A DNA stretch of 64,000 bases, taken from Octopus vulgaris. Lineage: Eukaryota. A program made the translations under genes and the position numbers. The DNA lies in NCBI GenBank assembly GCA_951406725.2, contig OX597816.1:142910001-142974000 (forward strand), read 5' to 3'. Under the pieces are notes generated by a model, which was not told the DNA's origin, ran no database searches, and saw only the letters and a program-made list of their open reading frames with translations. Positions 11,402-23,537 of this stretch are shown here, piece after piece (positions within the stretch are counted from its first letter, which is position 1; every line of letters starts with the position of its first letter).

Positions 11402-11420
11402 TATAGGTTGCTGTCTAAAA
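11402..11420 (+). repeat. 19-bp direct repeat, right copy (candidate TSD)
   Basis: TATAGGTTGCTGTCTAAAA, identical to 5604-5622. Confidence 0.75.
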
Positions 11421-12471
11421 ACTATAGTGTTATAAAATCAGTCAAACATTGCAGTGTAGTAGTACATTCTCAGAAACACAATTTCAATCCCCACTTGAAA
11501 CTTTCATTTATATCCTTTTACTGAGGCATTGCCTTCAAGGATTTTAGTCAGTTATATAGTTTCCAACACTTAGTCTGGTACCCATTTCTGTAACTTTTTA
11601 AAATGGCTAAGTTTATCAGAGTTATATTCCTTTCAGAAATGTAAATAGTACAAGGTTTTTATACTAATACACACACACACATGCATGCAAATGACCTCTT
11701 CACAGTTTTCATCTACTACATTTAACATACATATTGTTCAGCCTGAATCCATGGTAGAGGACATATGCTAAAGGTGTGTAATGAGATCAAATCTTGAACC
11801 ATATGATTATAGAAAGGTCTTCTTAACCACACAGCCATGGCGTTAGGAAGGGCATCCAGCCATGCCAAATCAGACAGGAGTGTGTGCAACTCCTCAGCTT
11901 GCCAGCCCATTCCAGCATGGACAACAGACATTAAATGATTATGATGATGATATATATATATGCATCTATGCCTGCATGCACATACACACAACTTATGATC
12001 ATTAATGTTCACTAACTGATGTTTACTAATGAACTTTTTTATAAGATAACTGCAATTGGGCAAAAGAGGCATCAGATTTGGGATGCAAGAAAAATTATTA
12101 CACTTATATGATCATGTGATGTGAGTGGATGCAGGCAGCTTGATAAAAAGTGCTGATTGTTGAAAATGGATGGAACTTGTGTGAAGAGGGAGACCCAGGA
12201 AGGCATGGGATAAAATAGTGTTGACCCTCCTAGTAGATATGATGAAAAACTAAGATGAATAGTGATATGCCATGCTTGACAAGACTTGTCGAGCCCTCTC
12301 CTACATCTTATCTTCTAACACCCATTTCTCTATCAATCTTTTTACTGTGGTACTACTCACCCAGGTTCTGTAAATGATACCTTATCTTCCTACATTTTAC
12401 ATCTATCTCTATAACAGTCCCTTATCATCTCTTTCTCCTCCTCCCTGACCCTCTTTAATTTCTTTCACTTC

Positions 12472-12745
12472 CTATCCCCCTCTGAGGCACAAGTCCGAGT
12501 AAGATTGTTTTGTAGAAGACCAGCAGTTGTCCGTGCACACCAGTCTCCCCACTCTCCATGCCACTGCTATCATCCAAGGGAAAGGTAAAGACCAATACAG
12601 CTTAGCACAAGTGACATCAAAACTCGTTCCTACAGCTGAGTGATTGGGAATAACAGGAAATAAAAGTGTCTTGTTCAAGAACACAACACACAGCCCAGCT
12701 CAGGAATCGAACTTACAACCTCAGTCTAATCCTTGAACCATGTGC
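12472..12745 (-). mobile_element. tRNA-derived SINE
   Basis: Minus strand has B box GTTCGATTCC followed by GTGTTCTTGAACAAGACACTTT. Confidence 0.55.
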
Positions 12746-13741
12746 TTTCATAGGTAGACCAGTAACTTTATCGTATGCAAATCAGATACTGAATGTTGTA
12801 CACAAAAACTTCCCAGCTAACTGAAATTTGCTCATTAGTTTGAGAAAGACAACAAAACCTAACAGCAATTGTCGGTGACACTCACAGAAAATGAAGGTAA
12901 TTTCAAGAAATTAAGGTTTAATTTCATGAAATCTAATTTAGAAACTGAAGTGAAATATGACTTTTATTAGTAGACAAGGTTACAGCTACGGACGTTTTTC
13001 AATTGGGAAATATTTTCTGTACATCATTCAGTAACATCACCTGTTATACCATGATCATTGTTTAATGTGACTTTTTATAATACTGTCTTAAGTTAGAGAT
13101 TTTGACAGAAACCGACAAGCCAAGCTCCATGGTTTCTACAGCTGGATGCCCTTCCTAATGCCAATCACTTTACAGAATGTACTGAATGCTTTTTTTTTTT
13201 TTGAAGCATCATCCCTCATGAGGTCATCTAGTACTGACAAGATAAAACACTTTCTCGGTGCAAACACCTGATTATTCATGACCAAAGGAAGGGTCTTTGC
13301 CTCTTTTTTTTTACTGATCTACCTGAATTATTTCCCTTAGCTCATATTTTAAATTTTGAATGTAACAACTTATTTACCTTCCCTCTTCACCAAATTTCTT
13401 ACAAAAAGTTAAATTCTGAAATGATTAAACTAGATACTGAGAATTAACAGTTTATAAGTCATGGGTTCAATCCCAGAACAGGCCTTTCATTGTGTTTCTA
13501 GGCGGGGCAGTTTAGTTCTATATTCCGACACTTCCAGTGGGAAATAGGTGACTGCTTTTCTCTGGGAGGTCTGTGAAAGCATTTAACTGTCTACATGAAA
13601 TGAATGCAAAAGTATTAATACTTGTTCTTTACTATAAGAACTTAGTTTTTATTCATTATAGATAGAGACAGTAAATGCCCAAATAATAAACTGTAAAAAA
13701 GACTAAATAAACTATATATATATATAATATATAATGAAATT

Positions 13742-13940
13742 ATTGTATACAGTGCTCAGGTGCACAACAACTTGTCAAAAAGTGCGTATAAAGTATATGC
13801 AGTAATGTACAAATGTCTGGAAAACGAACAGTGTATGAGTCAAATACATGCTTGGGGAGAAAAATCAGGTGTAGTGTTGGCGAATCTCAGGAAGCATGGA
13901 AGTTTTGAAGGATGCGGTGCTCCGACAACTAACAACTGAT
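13742..13940 (-). mobile_element. CR1-type LINE 3' end
   Basis: Reverse-complement match to ~10170-10390. Confidence 0.8.
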
Positions 13941-13969
13941 ACATATATATATATGTATGTATGTATATA

Positions 13970-14015
<46 letters not shown>

Positions 14016-14016
<1 letters not shown>

Positions 14017-14636
14017 CATCATCATCGTCGTGTAGCGTCCGTTTTCCATGCTAGCATGGGTTGGACGGTTCTACTGGGGTCTGTGAAGCCAGAAGGCTTC
14101 ATCAGGCCCAGTCAAATCTGGCAGTGTTTCTACGGCTGGATGCCCTTCCTAACGCCAACCACTCCGTGAGTGTAGTGGGTGCTTTTTACGTGCCACCCGC
14201 ACAGGCGCCAGACAGAGCTGGCAAACGGCCACGAACGGATGGTGCTTTTTATGTGCCACCGGCGGGCCAGGCTGGCAACGGACACGAAACGGGGCGGTGC
14301 TGGCAACGGTCGCGAAACGGAAGGTTCTCTTACATGCCACCGGCACTGGTAACACATCTGCAATTTCCATTGATCGATTTCCATTCTGATCCTCACTTGC
14401 CTCAATGGGTCTTCACAAGTAGAGTTTCGACATGCCACTGGCACTGGTAACACATCTGCAATTTCCATTGATCGATTTCCATTTCTGATCCTCACTTGCC
14501 TCAACGGGTCTTCACAAGTAGAGTATCGACATGCCACCGGCACTGGTAACACATCTGCAATTTCCATTGATCGATTTCGATTCTGATCCTCACTTGCCTC
14601 AACAGGTCTTCACAAGTAGAGTTTTGTGTCCCAAGA
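14016..14636 (-). mobile_element. RTE 3' UTR copy with ~100-bp triplication
   Basis: (CAT)n start and CTGGATGCCCTTCCTAACGCCAACC. The unit GGCACTGGTAACACATCTGCAATTTCC occurs at ~14342, 14440 and 14539. Confidence 0.8.
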
Positions 14637-14913
14637 AATATATATAATGTAGTTGTGGGTCATGACCAGTCAAAGAATAACCATTAGCCTCACTCCTATT
14701 ATGCTCTTAGCAATACAGGTGACTCATTAGACCTACTAGCTGGAGGCACATAGCCTCTCTGCTACAGGAGGTAGGAATACAGTCTTGGTCAGTCAGGGTT
14801 GTGAAAAATCCCTAAAATGAAGTTCTACTAAGTGACATCGCTCCTGGGTGAAATGGAGTTATCTCCCTTTGACCGACTGTAGTTGCATCCCAAAGGAGTC
14901 AGTATATGTGCAG

Positions 14914-15156
14914 TTACCATTTGCTAGTCTTTAACATAAATTTTCTTTCATGAGAGCATTGAATGAATATCTTTTTCTGGAGTTTAAGAAGACACATGGA
15001 CCAAGCAAATTGGGATTCTTGCCCTCTTGACCAATCAAAGTTTGCATCATGTTCCCACTGAGGTATGGTCCAAGTTGTTCTAGCTCCTGGAACAGTCAGG
15101 AGCATACTCTGACATTCATCCTTTTCTAAGGATAATGCAAATGAAATATCTTCAAC
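14914..15156 (-). CDS. Probable exon 2 of a small uncharacterised protein
   Basis: ccattaCAG acceptor, then 80 open codons VEDISFALSLEKDECQSMLL...KTSKW*. A possible GT donor (GTAACT) lies at 14917. Non-repetitive sequence. Confidence 0.5.
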   Translation of the reverse strand, partial: VEDISFALSLEKDECQSMLLTVPGARTTWTIPQWEHDANFDWSRGQESQFAWSMCLLKLQKKIFIQCSHERKFMLKTSKW

Positions 15157-15364
15157 CTGTAATGGAATCTCAGTCAGACACTTGACCCACTAAAATCCTT
15201 TTTCTCACCTGCTCTGCATCACTAGTTTACATCTCATCAAATTGTGAAAAATGTACTGATAAATGTATGCTTACATTTGATATGTTAAGAAAACTAAGAT
15301 CAAAATATGAAGGAAATTGTTACCTTGTGAATATGGCATTGCTACTTTTATTATTGTGTTTGTT

Positions 15365-15890
15365 ATTGGTATATCAGTGGATTGGCAGAATTGGTAGACT
15401 ATCTGACATAATACCTTGTGGTATTTAGTTATGGCTCTTTATGTTCTAAGTTTAAATCCCATCAAAGTTACCTTTGCTTTTCATTCTTCTGGGATCAATA
15501 AAAGAAAGTACCAGTCAAGCACTGAAGCTAATGTAATTGACTTACCTCTCTCATCAAATTCATTGGTTTTGTAACGAAATTAGAAATTAGTTTTGCTGTC
15601 ATTTGATAATGTAAAATTAGATCGTGGCTGTTTAATCCCAGCTCTGATTGAGTAATATCTAAGCTTCATCTAAGATGGTGAGCTGGCAGAGTTGTTAGCA
15701 CACCAGGCAAAATGCTTAGCAGCATTTTGTCCATTTTTATGTTCTGAGTTCAAATCTGACAAAGTCAACTTTGCCTTTTGTCATTTTGAGGTTGATTAAA
15801 TAAGTATTATTTGAACACTGGGGTCAATGTAATCAACTAGTCCCCTCCCCTGAACTTGCTGGCCTTGTGTAAAAATTTGAAACCAGTACC
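15365..15890 (+). mobile_element. Two decayed Meta-like tRNA SINEs
   Basis: GGTGAGCTGGCAGA...TTCTGAGTTCAAAT...CAACTTTGCCTTT similarity to the 4368-5575 family. Confidence 0.65.
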
Positions 15891-18724
15891 TAAGACTACA
15901 TTATCAAATGTACCCTTACATCTTTAAGTTTGTTCAGATGAAATTTGGCTACTATTTTTGGCCAGACAAGCAACCACTTAGCAGTTCCCCAAAGAACATG
16001 GTAAATCATGAAATCAAATGTACAGCCCTATTTAAATTCTCTTTCATCTTTCCTTCCATTAGGATCAGCTCTTCACTCCCCCAGAGTTAATATAAAAAGT
16101 AATATATAAAAACTAAATCATTTGAACCACTTCTGAAAAAAATTGAACTAATGATTTAAGAAAATAGACAAATTACTGACTAACTAAAACAAGCTGCCAG
16201 CTAGACATCTTTTATTCAGTGGCAAATGTGATTAAGATGGTAGATAAAATAAAAATAAATAGAAATAATAAAAACAAGAGAAAATTCCAGAAATTCCATC
16301 ATAAAAGGATTTATTTATTTTTTTAAATTCATTAATAGAGATTTAAAACTTGATAAATGTTTATTCAGAATGAAACCAAACCTGTACTTTAATGGAATTA
16401 ATTCTGCATCCATCAAAGAATTATTGCTGCTTGTAAACATTTACGTAGTGTGATGAGTATGTTTTTCTTTCTATATTTAATTAATGACATAAGAAAGCTG
16501 TTAAAAATGTCCAGATCAAACTTTGGGAATTATGAGTTAATTTTTTTAAAGATCATTTTTTGCCTCACTTAACATTGCTTATATTTTCAAAAACTAAAAT
16601 CAAAATGGAGCAGAAAAAGAAGTAAAATAAAAATGTTTTTGGGCTTCAGTCAAAATTGAAATAGAAATTTAAAAAATAATTAATTGGATTTGACAAAAAA
16701 AAAATTAATTCGTTTTTAATGATAGTTTGAATTTTGGGAATTATATTTAACATATTTCAGCTTTTGAAAGCATCTCAATTTGATGAATTTGAAATCTGAA
16801 GCTAAAAAATTTAGGTAGTCAAAAAAAAATGAATTCATATTGTAGCTCTGAAGTGAAATTAATTGTAGCAATGTTAAAATATAACAAAAGCTGTGGAATG
16901 ATAAAATTCTACTTGTATTTTCCATTTTGGTATGGTTTCAATGGCTGGATGCCCTTCCTAATACCAACCACTTCGTAGGATGTACCGGAAACATTTAACC
17001 ATTGCACTAGCATTAAGAGTATGCATTAACCCTGGCATAACTAAGGACTCCTCTCTGTGCTATGTTGATTTTCATTTGCCAGCCATTTTATAGAGTATAT
17101 TGGGTCATTTTAATGTGACACCAGCACTAGAAATGTTGTTCTATTCCTAGAAGACAAGAGTTTTCAGTACATTATTGTCTCTGTTCATTCAAGGCAATGT
17201 AATCAAGATGAAAGAGAGAAACCTGAGGTGAGAGGATAATAAGAGCAAGAATGTGATGGGATAAATGGAATCATAAAAGTGATAAGGTGATAGAGGAGTA
17301 GGTTATGGGAGAGAGAGACAATGAAAGATAGTTGTATGTTGGTAGGTAAGGACATTGAATCAAAAACACAATGTGAACAACATAAGGGAAAAGATGATGT
17401 AAGAGGTATCCCTCTTATGAGAAGGGAAGTTTGATGAGAGAGAGATCAGTATGTTAACAATGAGTGATAGAGGAGGGGCTAATGAGAGAGAGAGAAAAAA
17501 AATGAAAACGGTTGATGGTAAGAGAGAGGGAATGTGTGATGAATGTTAAAATAAGTGCTAAAGAAGTGAGTAATGAGAAAGATGGAATGTAATAGCTAGT
17601 CCTTTCTAACACAGTGTCCCTCCACTTGTGCTCATTTGTCATCTACTTTATGAAGTTCAGTATTCTGAGGTCAACCCTCCACTGCCTTGTTTCTTCTTCA
17701 GCCTTCTTTGGCAATGGGTCCTTACCACTTTGATTGCTTAGTATGTTTCTTTTACCAAACTATCATACTCCATATTTATCACATCTGTACCAGTGCGGTT
17801 TCTTCTCATGTACACTCCAACTCATTCCTGTAATGTCCAGTTTTTCTGTCAGCTTATTCGTGCTCTGATATATCATCGTTTAAAATCCGCTTTCTATGCT
17901 AGCAAAGGTTGGACGATTTGACTGAGGACTTGCGAACCAGATGGCTGCACCAGGCTCCAATCTGATCTGGCAGTTTCTACAGCTGGATGCCCTTCCTAAC
18001 GCCAACCACTCTGAGAGTGTGATATATATATATATATATATATATATTAGTATTACACATCCATTGGAGCATGCTCACTTTATTTTTCCCAACCTTCACA
18101 CAGCCTCCTCATTTACATGCAACATTGCAGTTCATAGGCTAGTGTTATACAATCTACCTTTCACCCAGAAGAGAATCCCTTTGTTGTTAGCAGTAGAAAC
18201 AGCTATTCAAATTCCCCATAGATAGTTCTTACTTTGATTTCTATGCCACAAAGATAACAGAAGCTCCCAACAGCTTCTATGGAATCTTTCAAGCATTAAA
18301 ATCATTGATTTCACTAGTGTACTCTTACTGCTGACTATTCCTGTGCATCTACTATATATGAAGTCTTTCTCCTCTGTAACTCTAACCTATGATCTCACCA
18401 CACCTTAAATGCATCAACAGTTTCCAGCATACAGAATTTCTTCTTACTCCGTTTCTTAATAATATGACTATTTATCAAATGGTAGCAAAGTCTTGTCTTC
18501 TTTTCTATTAACTAAATTTTAATCTATGCTAGATTTACTTTACATCTATGTTTGGAATTTCTGTCCTAAAATTTCTTGTAAATTCAATTGAAAACTATGT
18601 TACAGTTACACAAAGTCGGCACGGATAGCCAGTCTTATATTCTAGAGAACTAATGTGAATAAAAAAAAAAAATTAATGCAAACTAAAATTCATAGGAGGG
18701 ACCTGAATCCTGGTGGATACTCAC

Positions 18725-18751
18725 CTGCATATCAAACTTTACAGGATTCAT
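18725..18751 (-). CDS. Probable first coding exon (MNPVKFDMQ) joining to 15156
   Basis: AAAACA-ATG context and a strong CAG|GTGAGT donor. Phase 0 matches the phase-0 acceptor at 15156. Confidence 0.4.
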
Positions 18752-19219
18752 TGTTTTGTTTTTTTCTCTGCCATAAACTTTCAAATATAATAGTTGTATA
18801 ACTTACCTTCAGCATTTCCTTTCAAGGCCATCTTTAAAATAAATGCATTTATCTTGTCAGAGGTACATGTGTTTTTGAGGAGAATAAATGAAAGTGTTTC
18901 TTATTTCTTTATTGCCCACAAGGAACTAAACAAGGACAAAGAGATTAAGTCAATTACATCGAACTCCGTGCATAACTGGTACTTAATTTATCGACCTTGG
19001 CAGAATTTGAACTCAGAATGTAACAGCAGACAAAATACCACTAAGCATTTTGCCTGGCATGCTAATGTTTCTGCCAGCTCGCCACCTTAAATGAAAATGT
19101 TTCTGGCTGTTTTAATGCTTACTATGGTTTGTGTAGCATTAATAATTGCAGCTGTGTTGAGAGCCATGTGAGTTGTTGTGATTATGTCTTGTATGAGGGT
19201 GAAGAGCCAGCAGAATTTC

Positions 19220-19810
19220 ACAGAACGGTTGGGTCTCAGAGGCAATGACGAAAGACCAAGACCTCTGGAGATATGCTGTGACTGCGAAGACCCAACAAAT
19301 AACGTGAGTTCATGGCTGTTTCCTGCACCAGCTTCACATAGAAGACCCAGCCCATCCAAAGTGCCTTGGATTGCAGGACGGCCTGCTGTGCTTACCTTGG
19401 ATCGTAGGGCAACCTGCTGTACTTGAGGAGACCTATTGAGTCAAATGCATCAACATCAAAAAATCAAATGGAAATTGTAGTTGTGATACCTGTGCCAGTG
19501 GCATGTAAAAAGCACCATCCGAATGTGGCCGATGCCAGTGCCACCTTGAGTGGCTTCCATGCCGGTGGCACGTAATAAGCACCAACCGATCATGGCCGTT
19601 GCCAACCTCCCCTGGCACCTGTGCTGGTGGCACATAAAAAGCATCCACTACACTCACGGAGTGGTTGGCGTTAGGAAGGGCATCCAGCTGTAGAAACACT
19701 GCCGGATCAGACTTGAATCTGGTGCAGCCTCTTGGCTCCCCAGACCCCGGTCAAAACATCCATCCCATGCTAGCATGGAAAACGGACGTTAAACAATGAT
19801 GATGATGATG
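19220..19810 (+). mobile_element. RTE LINE 3' end
   Basis: Matches 57330-57861 and ends in (GAT)n. Further 3'-end copies at ~21870-22053, 30840-31145, 31930-32410, 39590-39790 and 50286-50560. Confidence 0.8.
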
Positions 19811-20624
19811 AGTTCCTGCATAACGTTCTGAGTTCAAATCCTTCCAAGATCAACTTTGCTTTTCATCCTTTCAGAGTTGATAAAATAAAGTACCAATTAC
19901 AGTTGATGTAATTGACTAAACCCTCTCTCTAAAATTATTGGCCTTGTGCCAAAATTTGAAACCATTATGTCTTGTATCAGTTACATAGGAGTGTGTTATA
20001 TTATTTTATTGAGTGTTGATTGTATGGAGTGTTTTTTGTGAGTTATTCTGTGTGGTTATTGTGTAGAGAGAGTTGTGTGCAGAGAATGTGCTCAACAGAT
20101 TATATAATTGAATAGAAAGTATCTAACACAGAAAGTGGGATGTATCTATTTTTGAGACAGTATGTAATGTTGTGAGCCCCTACTATGGGTCATATCTTTT
20201 TTTATCAAGTCAAAGGCTCTAGTTATTACTGATGCAGTTTTTATTTGAAACCCCTACATCTTGTATTTTTTTTTTAATTCAAGATCAAGATTGGAGACTC
20301 GTGCAACCATCTGGTTCGCCAGCCCTCAGTAAAAATCATCCAACCCATGCTCGCATGGAAAGCAGACGTTAAACGATGACTATGATGATGATGATCCTTG
20401 TCTTTAGACAGATTCTCTACATCTTCCACATTCAATGTTTTGACCAACAGGAAACGTCATGTCTATCAGCTTTCCAGTCCCCAATTATTTATTATGACTA
20501 CACTGTTTGCCTTGCTCTTGTTGGTCTGAATAGTCCAGTTAGGTTGTTGTAGTGTACCATGTTTGGTACATATTTATACATTTCTTGTCATTGATTTTTT
20601 TCCCCAATAATATCCTAGCTTATT

Positions 20625-21865
20625 ATTCAGGTGGCAAGCTTGCAGAATTTTTAGTGCTTAGTGGTATTGCTTCCAGCTTTACAATGTATGTTCAAATTTC
20701 ACCAAGGTCAACTTTGCCTTTCCGGGTCAGTAAAATAAGTACCAGCTGAGCACTGGGGTCAATAGGCCTTGTGCCTATTGTAGAAAGGATTTTTATTAAG
20801 GCAGCAAGCTGACGGAATTATTAGCATGTCAGACAAAATACTAACAGTATTTCTTCCAACACTTTTATGTTCTGGGTTCAAATCTCACCAACGTTGACTT
20901 TGCCTTTCATCCTTTCGAAGTCAATAAAATGAAGTGCCAAAATTTGAAACCATTTAAAGATAGTGAGCTGAATCGTTAGTACATTGGACAAAGTGCTTAG
21001 CAGTATTTCTTCTGATTCATTGCATTCTGAGTTTGAATTCTGTCAGGATCAATTTTACCTTTCATCTCTCCTCCAGAGTTAATATAAAGTACCAGTATCA
21101 ACTATCCCATGCCCTAAAATTACTGACCGTGTGCCAAAGTTTAAAACCATTATTATTATTAATAATAATAATAATAATAATAATAAAATTTTAAGACTTA
21201 AGAGCAGTGAATTGGCAGAATCATTAAAGCATGAAACAAAATGCTTCACAGTATTTGATCACAGCTCTTTTTTATGTTCAGATTTCAAATGTCACCATGG
21301 TCAACTTTGCCTTTCAAAGATGATAAAGTATAGTAGCAGTCAAGTATTGGAGAACTGATGTTATTGACTAACCTGTTCGCCCAAACTTCAGACCTTGTAT
21401 CAATGCTAGAAAATTATTATCATTACTATGACAAAGTAAGGTGGAAGGCTGGCAGAATCGTTAGCATGCTGTATGAACTGTTTAGCAGCAATTCATTTGT
21501 CTTTATGTTCTGAATTCAAATTTCACCGAGGTCAACTTTGCCTGTCATCCTTTCAGGGGTTGATAAATTAAGTACCAGTGAAACACTGGAGTTGATGTAA
21601 TTGACCAGTCCCCTCTCCCAAATTTCAGGTTTAGTGCCATTAGTAGCAAGGATCATTATGACAAAGTGACATGAGACAAAATGCTTAGCAATAATTCTTC
21701 CAGCTTTACAATCTGAGTTCAAATTCTGCCATGGTCAATTTTGCTTTTCATCCCTTCAAGGTTGATAAAATAAATATAGTTGAAAACTGGGGTTCAATGC
21801 AATCAACTAGACCCCCTCTCACAAAATTCAGACCTTGTACAAATAGTAGAAAGAATTATCATCAT
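20625..21865. mobile_element. Cluster of decayed Meta-like SINEs separated by (ATT)n/(AAT)n
   Basis: At least six repeats of GTTCAAAT...GTCAACTTTGCCTTTCATCC, mostly + strand. Confidence 0.7.
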
Positions 21866-22859
21866 TATGGCTGTGCTGGTGGCACGTAAAAAGCACCCCC
21901 TACACTCACAGAGTGGTTGGCGTTAGGAAGGGCATCCAGCCGTAGAAACATTGCCAGATCAGACTGGGCCTGGTGCAGCCTTCTGGCTTCCAAAACCCCA
22001 GTTGAACCGTCCAACCCATGCTAGCATGGAAAGCGGACGCTAAATGATGATGATGGGTGTCACATTACTAAATACTAGATCCCTATGTTTGTTTAGACTG
22101 CCTGGTTTAACACCATCACTTTGGCCTTTTTTTATTTTTCTAGTATTTACACAAAAACAGTTGTATCATAAGGCTGGTCCAGATAAAAAAGTGGGGAACA
22201 ATATATCAATTTCATTTTTTTTTTTTTCACATATGAGAATAGGATGAAAAACATGCATTTTTGCATCATATTCTTAATTTAAAAAACTGTTTTTTGAATT
22301 TATATTAAAAAACAAGAAATAAAAACAAACCATTGAAATTGCATAGGAGGTACCTTTGTTTACTTATATTGAGCAGTAAATACAAAAATGTACAAAAGAT
22401 TTGTTGAGGTTACAAAATAAAATATAAAAACCAAATGAAAACAAAATACATAAAGTCTGTGTATCAAGCATTTCTTTGTGGAGGTGGAAAAAAACTGAAA
22501 AAAAAAAAAATCCAACAAACTCAGGCAAACAAATACAAATTTTAATAAGATAAAATATTTTGGTAAACCAGTTTGGAAAATGATTCATTTTGTGGCACTG
22601 AGATATGAAGAAGGTTCCAGGTTATGAATAAAATGAATTACAGCACCAAAGTCAGAAATGTAATGCAATGTTTGTGTGTATTTTTACATATATATTACAC
22701 ACTCATACAAAACATATGTACAAATACATACATGCACAGACACACTATATATATATATATATATATACACATCCATCCATATGCATATACATACATCCAC
22801 ACATGCATGTATACATACATATGTCTAAACACACACACACCTAAACATATATATACCTA

Positions 22860-23537
22860 CAGGGTGGGTGTAAAGTAATTAGGCATTAGAAATTGCTTAT
22901 AGAATTTTTAGTATCACTAAAGTCATGATGGAAACATTTTTTAAACAGACAACACTACATCCAGAGACAATAAAAAGTTGTCTTGCAAAGCTGATGACCA
23001 TGGGCTCTGTGAACGATGTGAGAAGTGATCGTCCAACCACATTTTGATCATGGCAACAGTGCAGGAAATGTTTAATCGCAGCCCGCTAAAATCAACACGT
23101 CAAGCAGCTCATGAAAGTAGATTAACAAGACACACAATACGTATGGTGTTGCATAAAGAACTGAATTTCCATCCATGGAAACACCATTACGTACCGGAGT
23201 GAAAACCTGAAAACTGTGACCATAGAATGGAACAGCCTCCAAGTCCAGATCAAACTCCATGTGGTTTTTAACCTGTGGGGTTACACAAAAGAGGAGGTGT
23301 ACAAGACAAAACTTCACACACTGAAGGACTTGGAGACAGATTCAGGAGGTTTTCAATGATATCCCAGATGATGCCCTTCAGGAGGTTGCTCATTCCATCC
23401 CTGGCCACTTGAGGAAACTGGTTGATGCCACCGGTGCTTACATTGAAATATGAAGATTTACTTTCATTTTCCCATGTAATAAAGAACATGGATTACATTA
23501 CCAATTTTTAATACCTACTTACTTTTCACCCACCTTG
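22860..23537 (+). mobile_element. Internally deleted Tc1/mariner DNA transposon
   Basis: ~36-bp imperfect TIRs (TA|CAGGGTGGGTGTAAAGTAATTAGGCATTAGAAATTG and CAATTTTTAATACCTACTTACTTTTCACCCACCTTG). Remnant of the 'PP.SPD.TPC.F.LWG' motif near 23230-23285. Confidence 0.75.
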
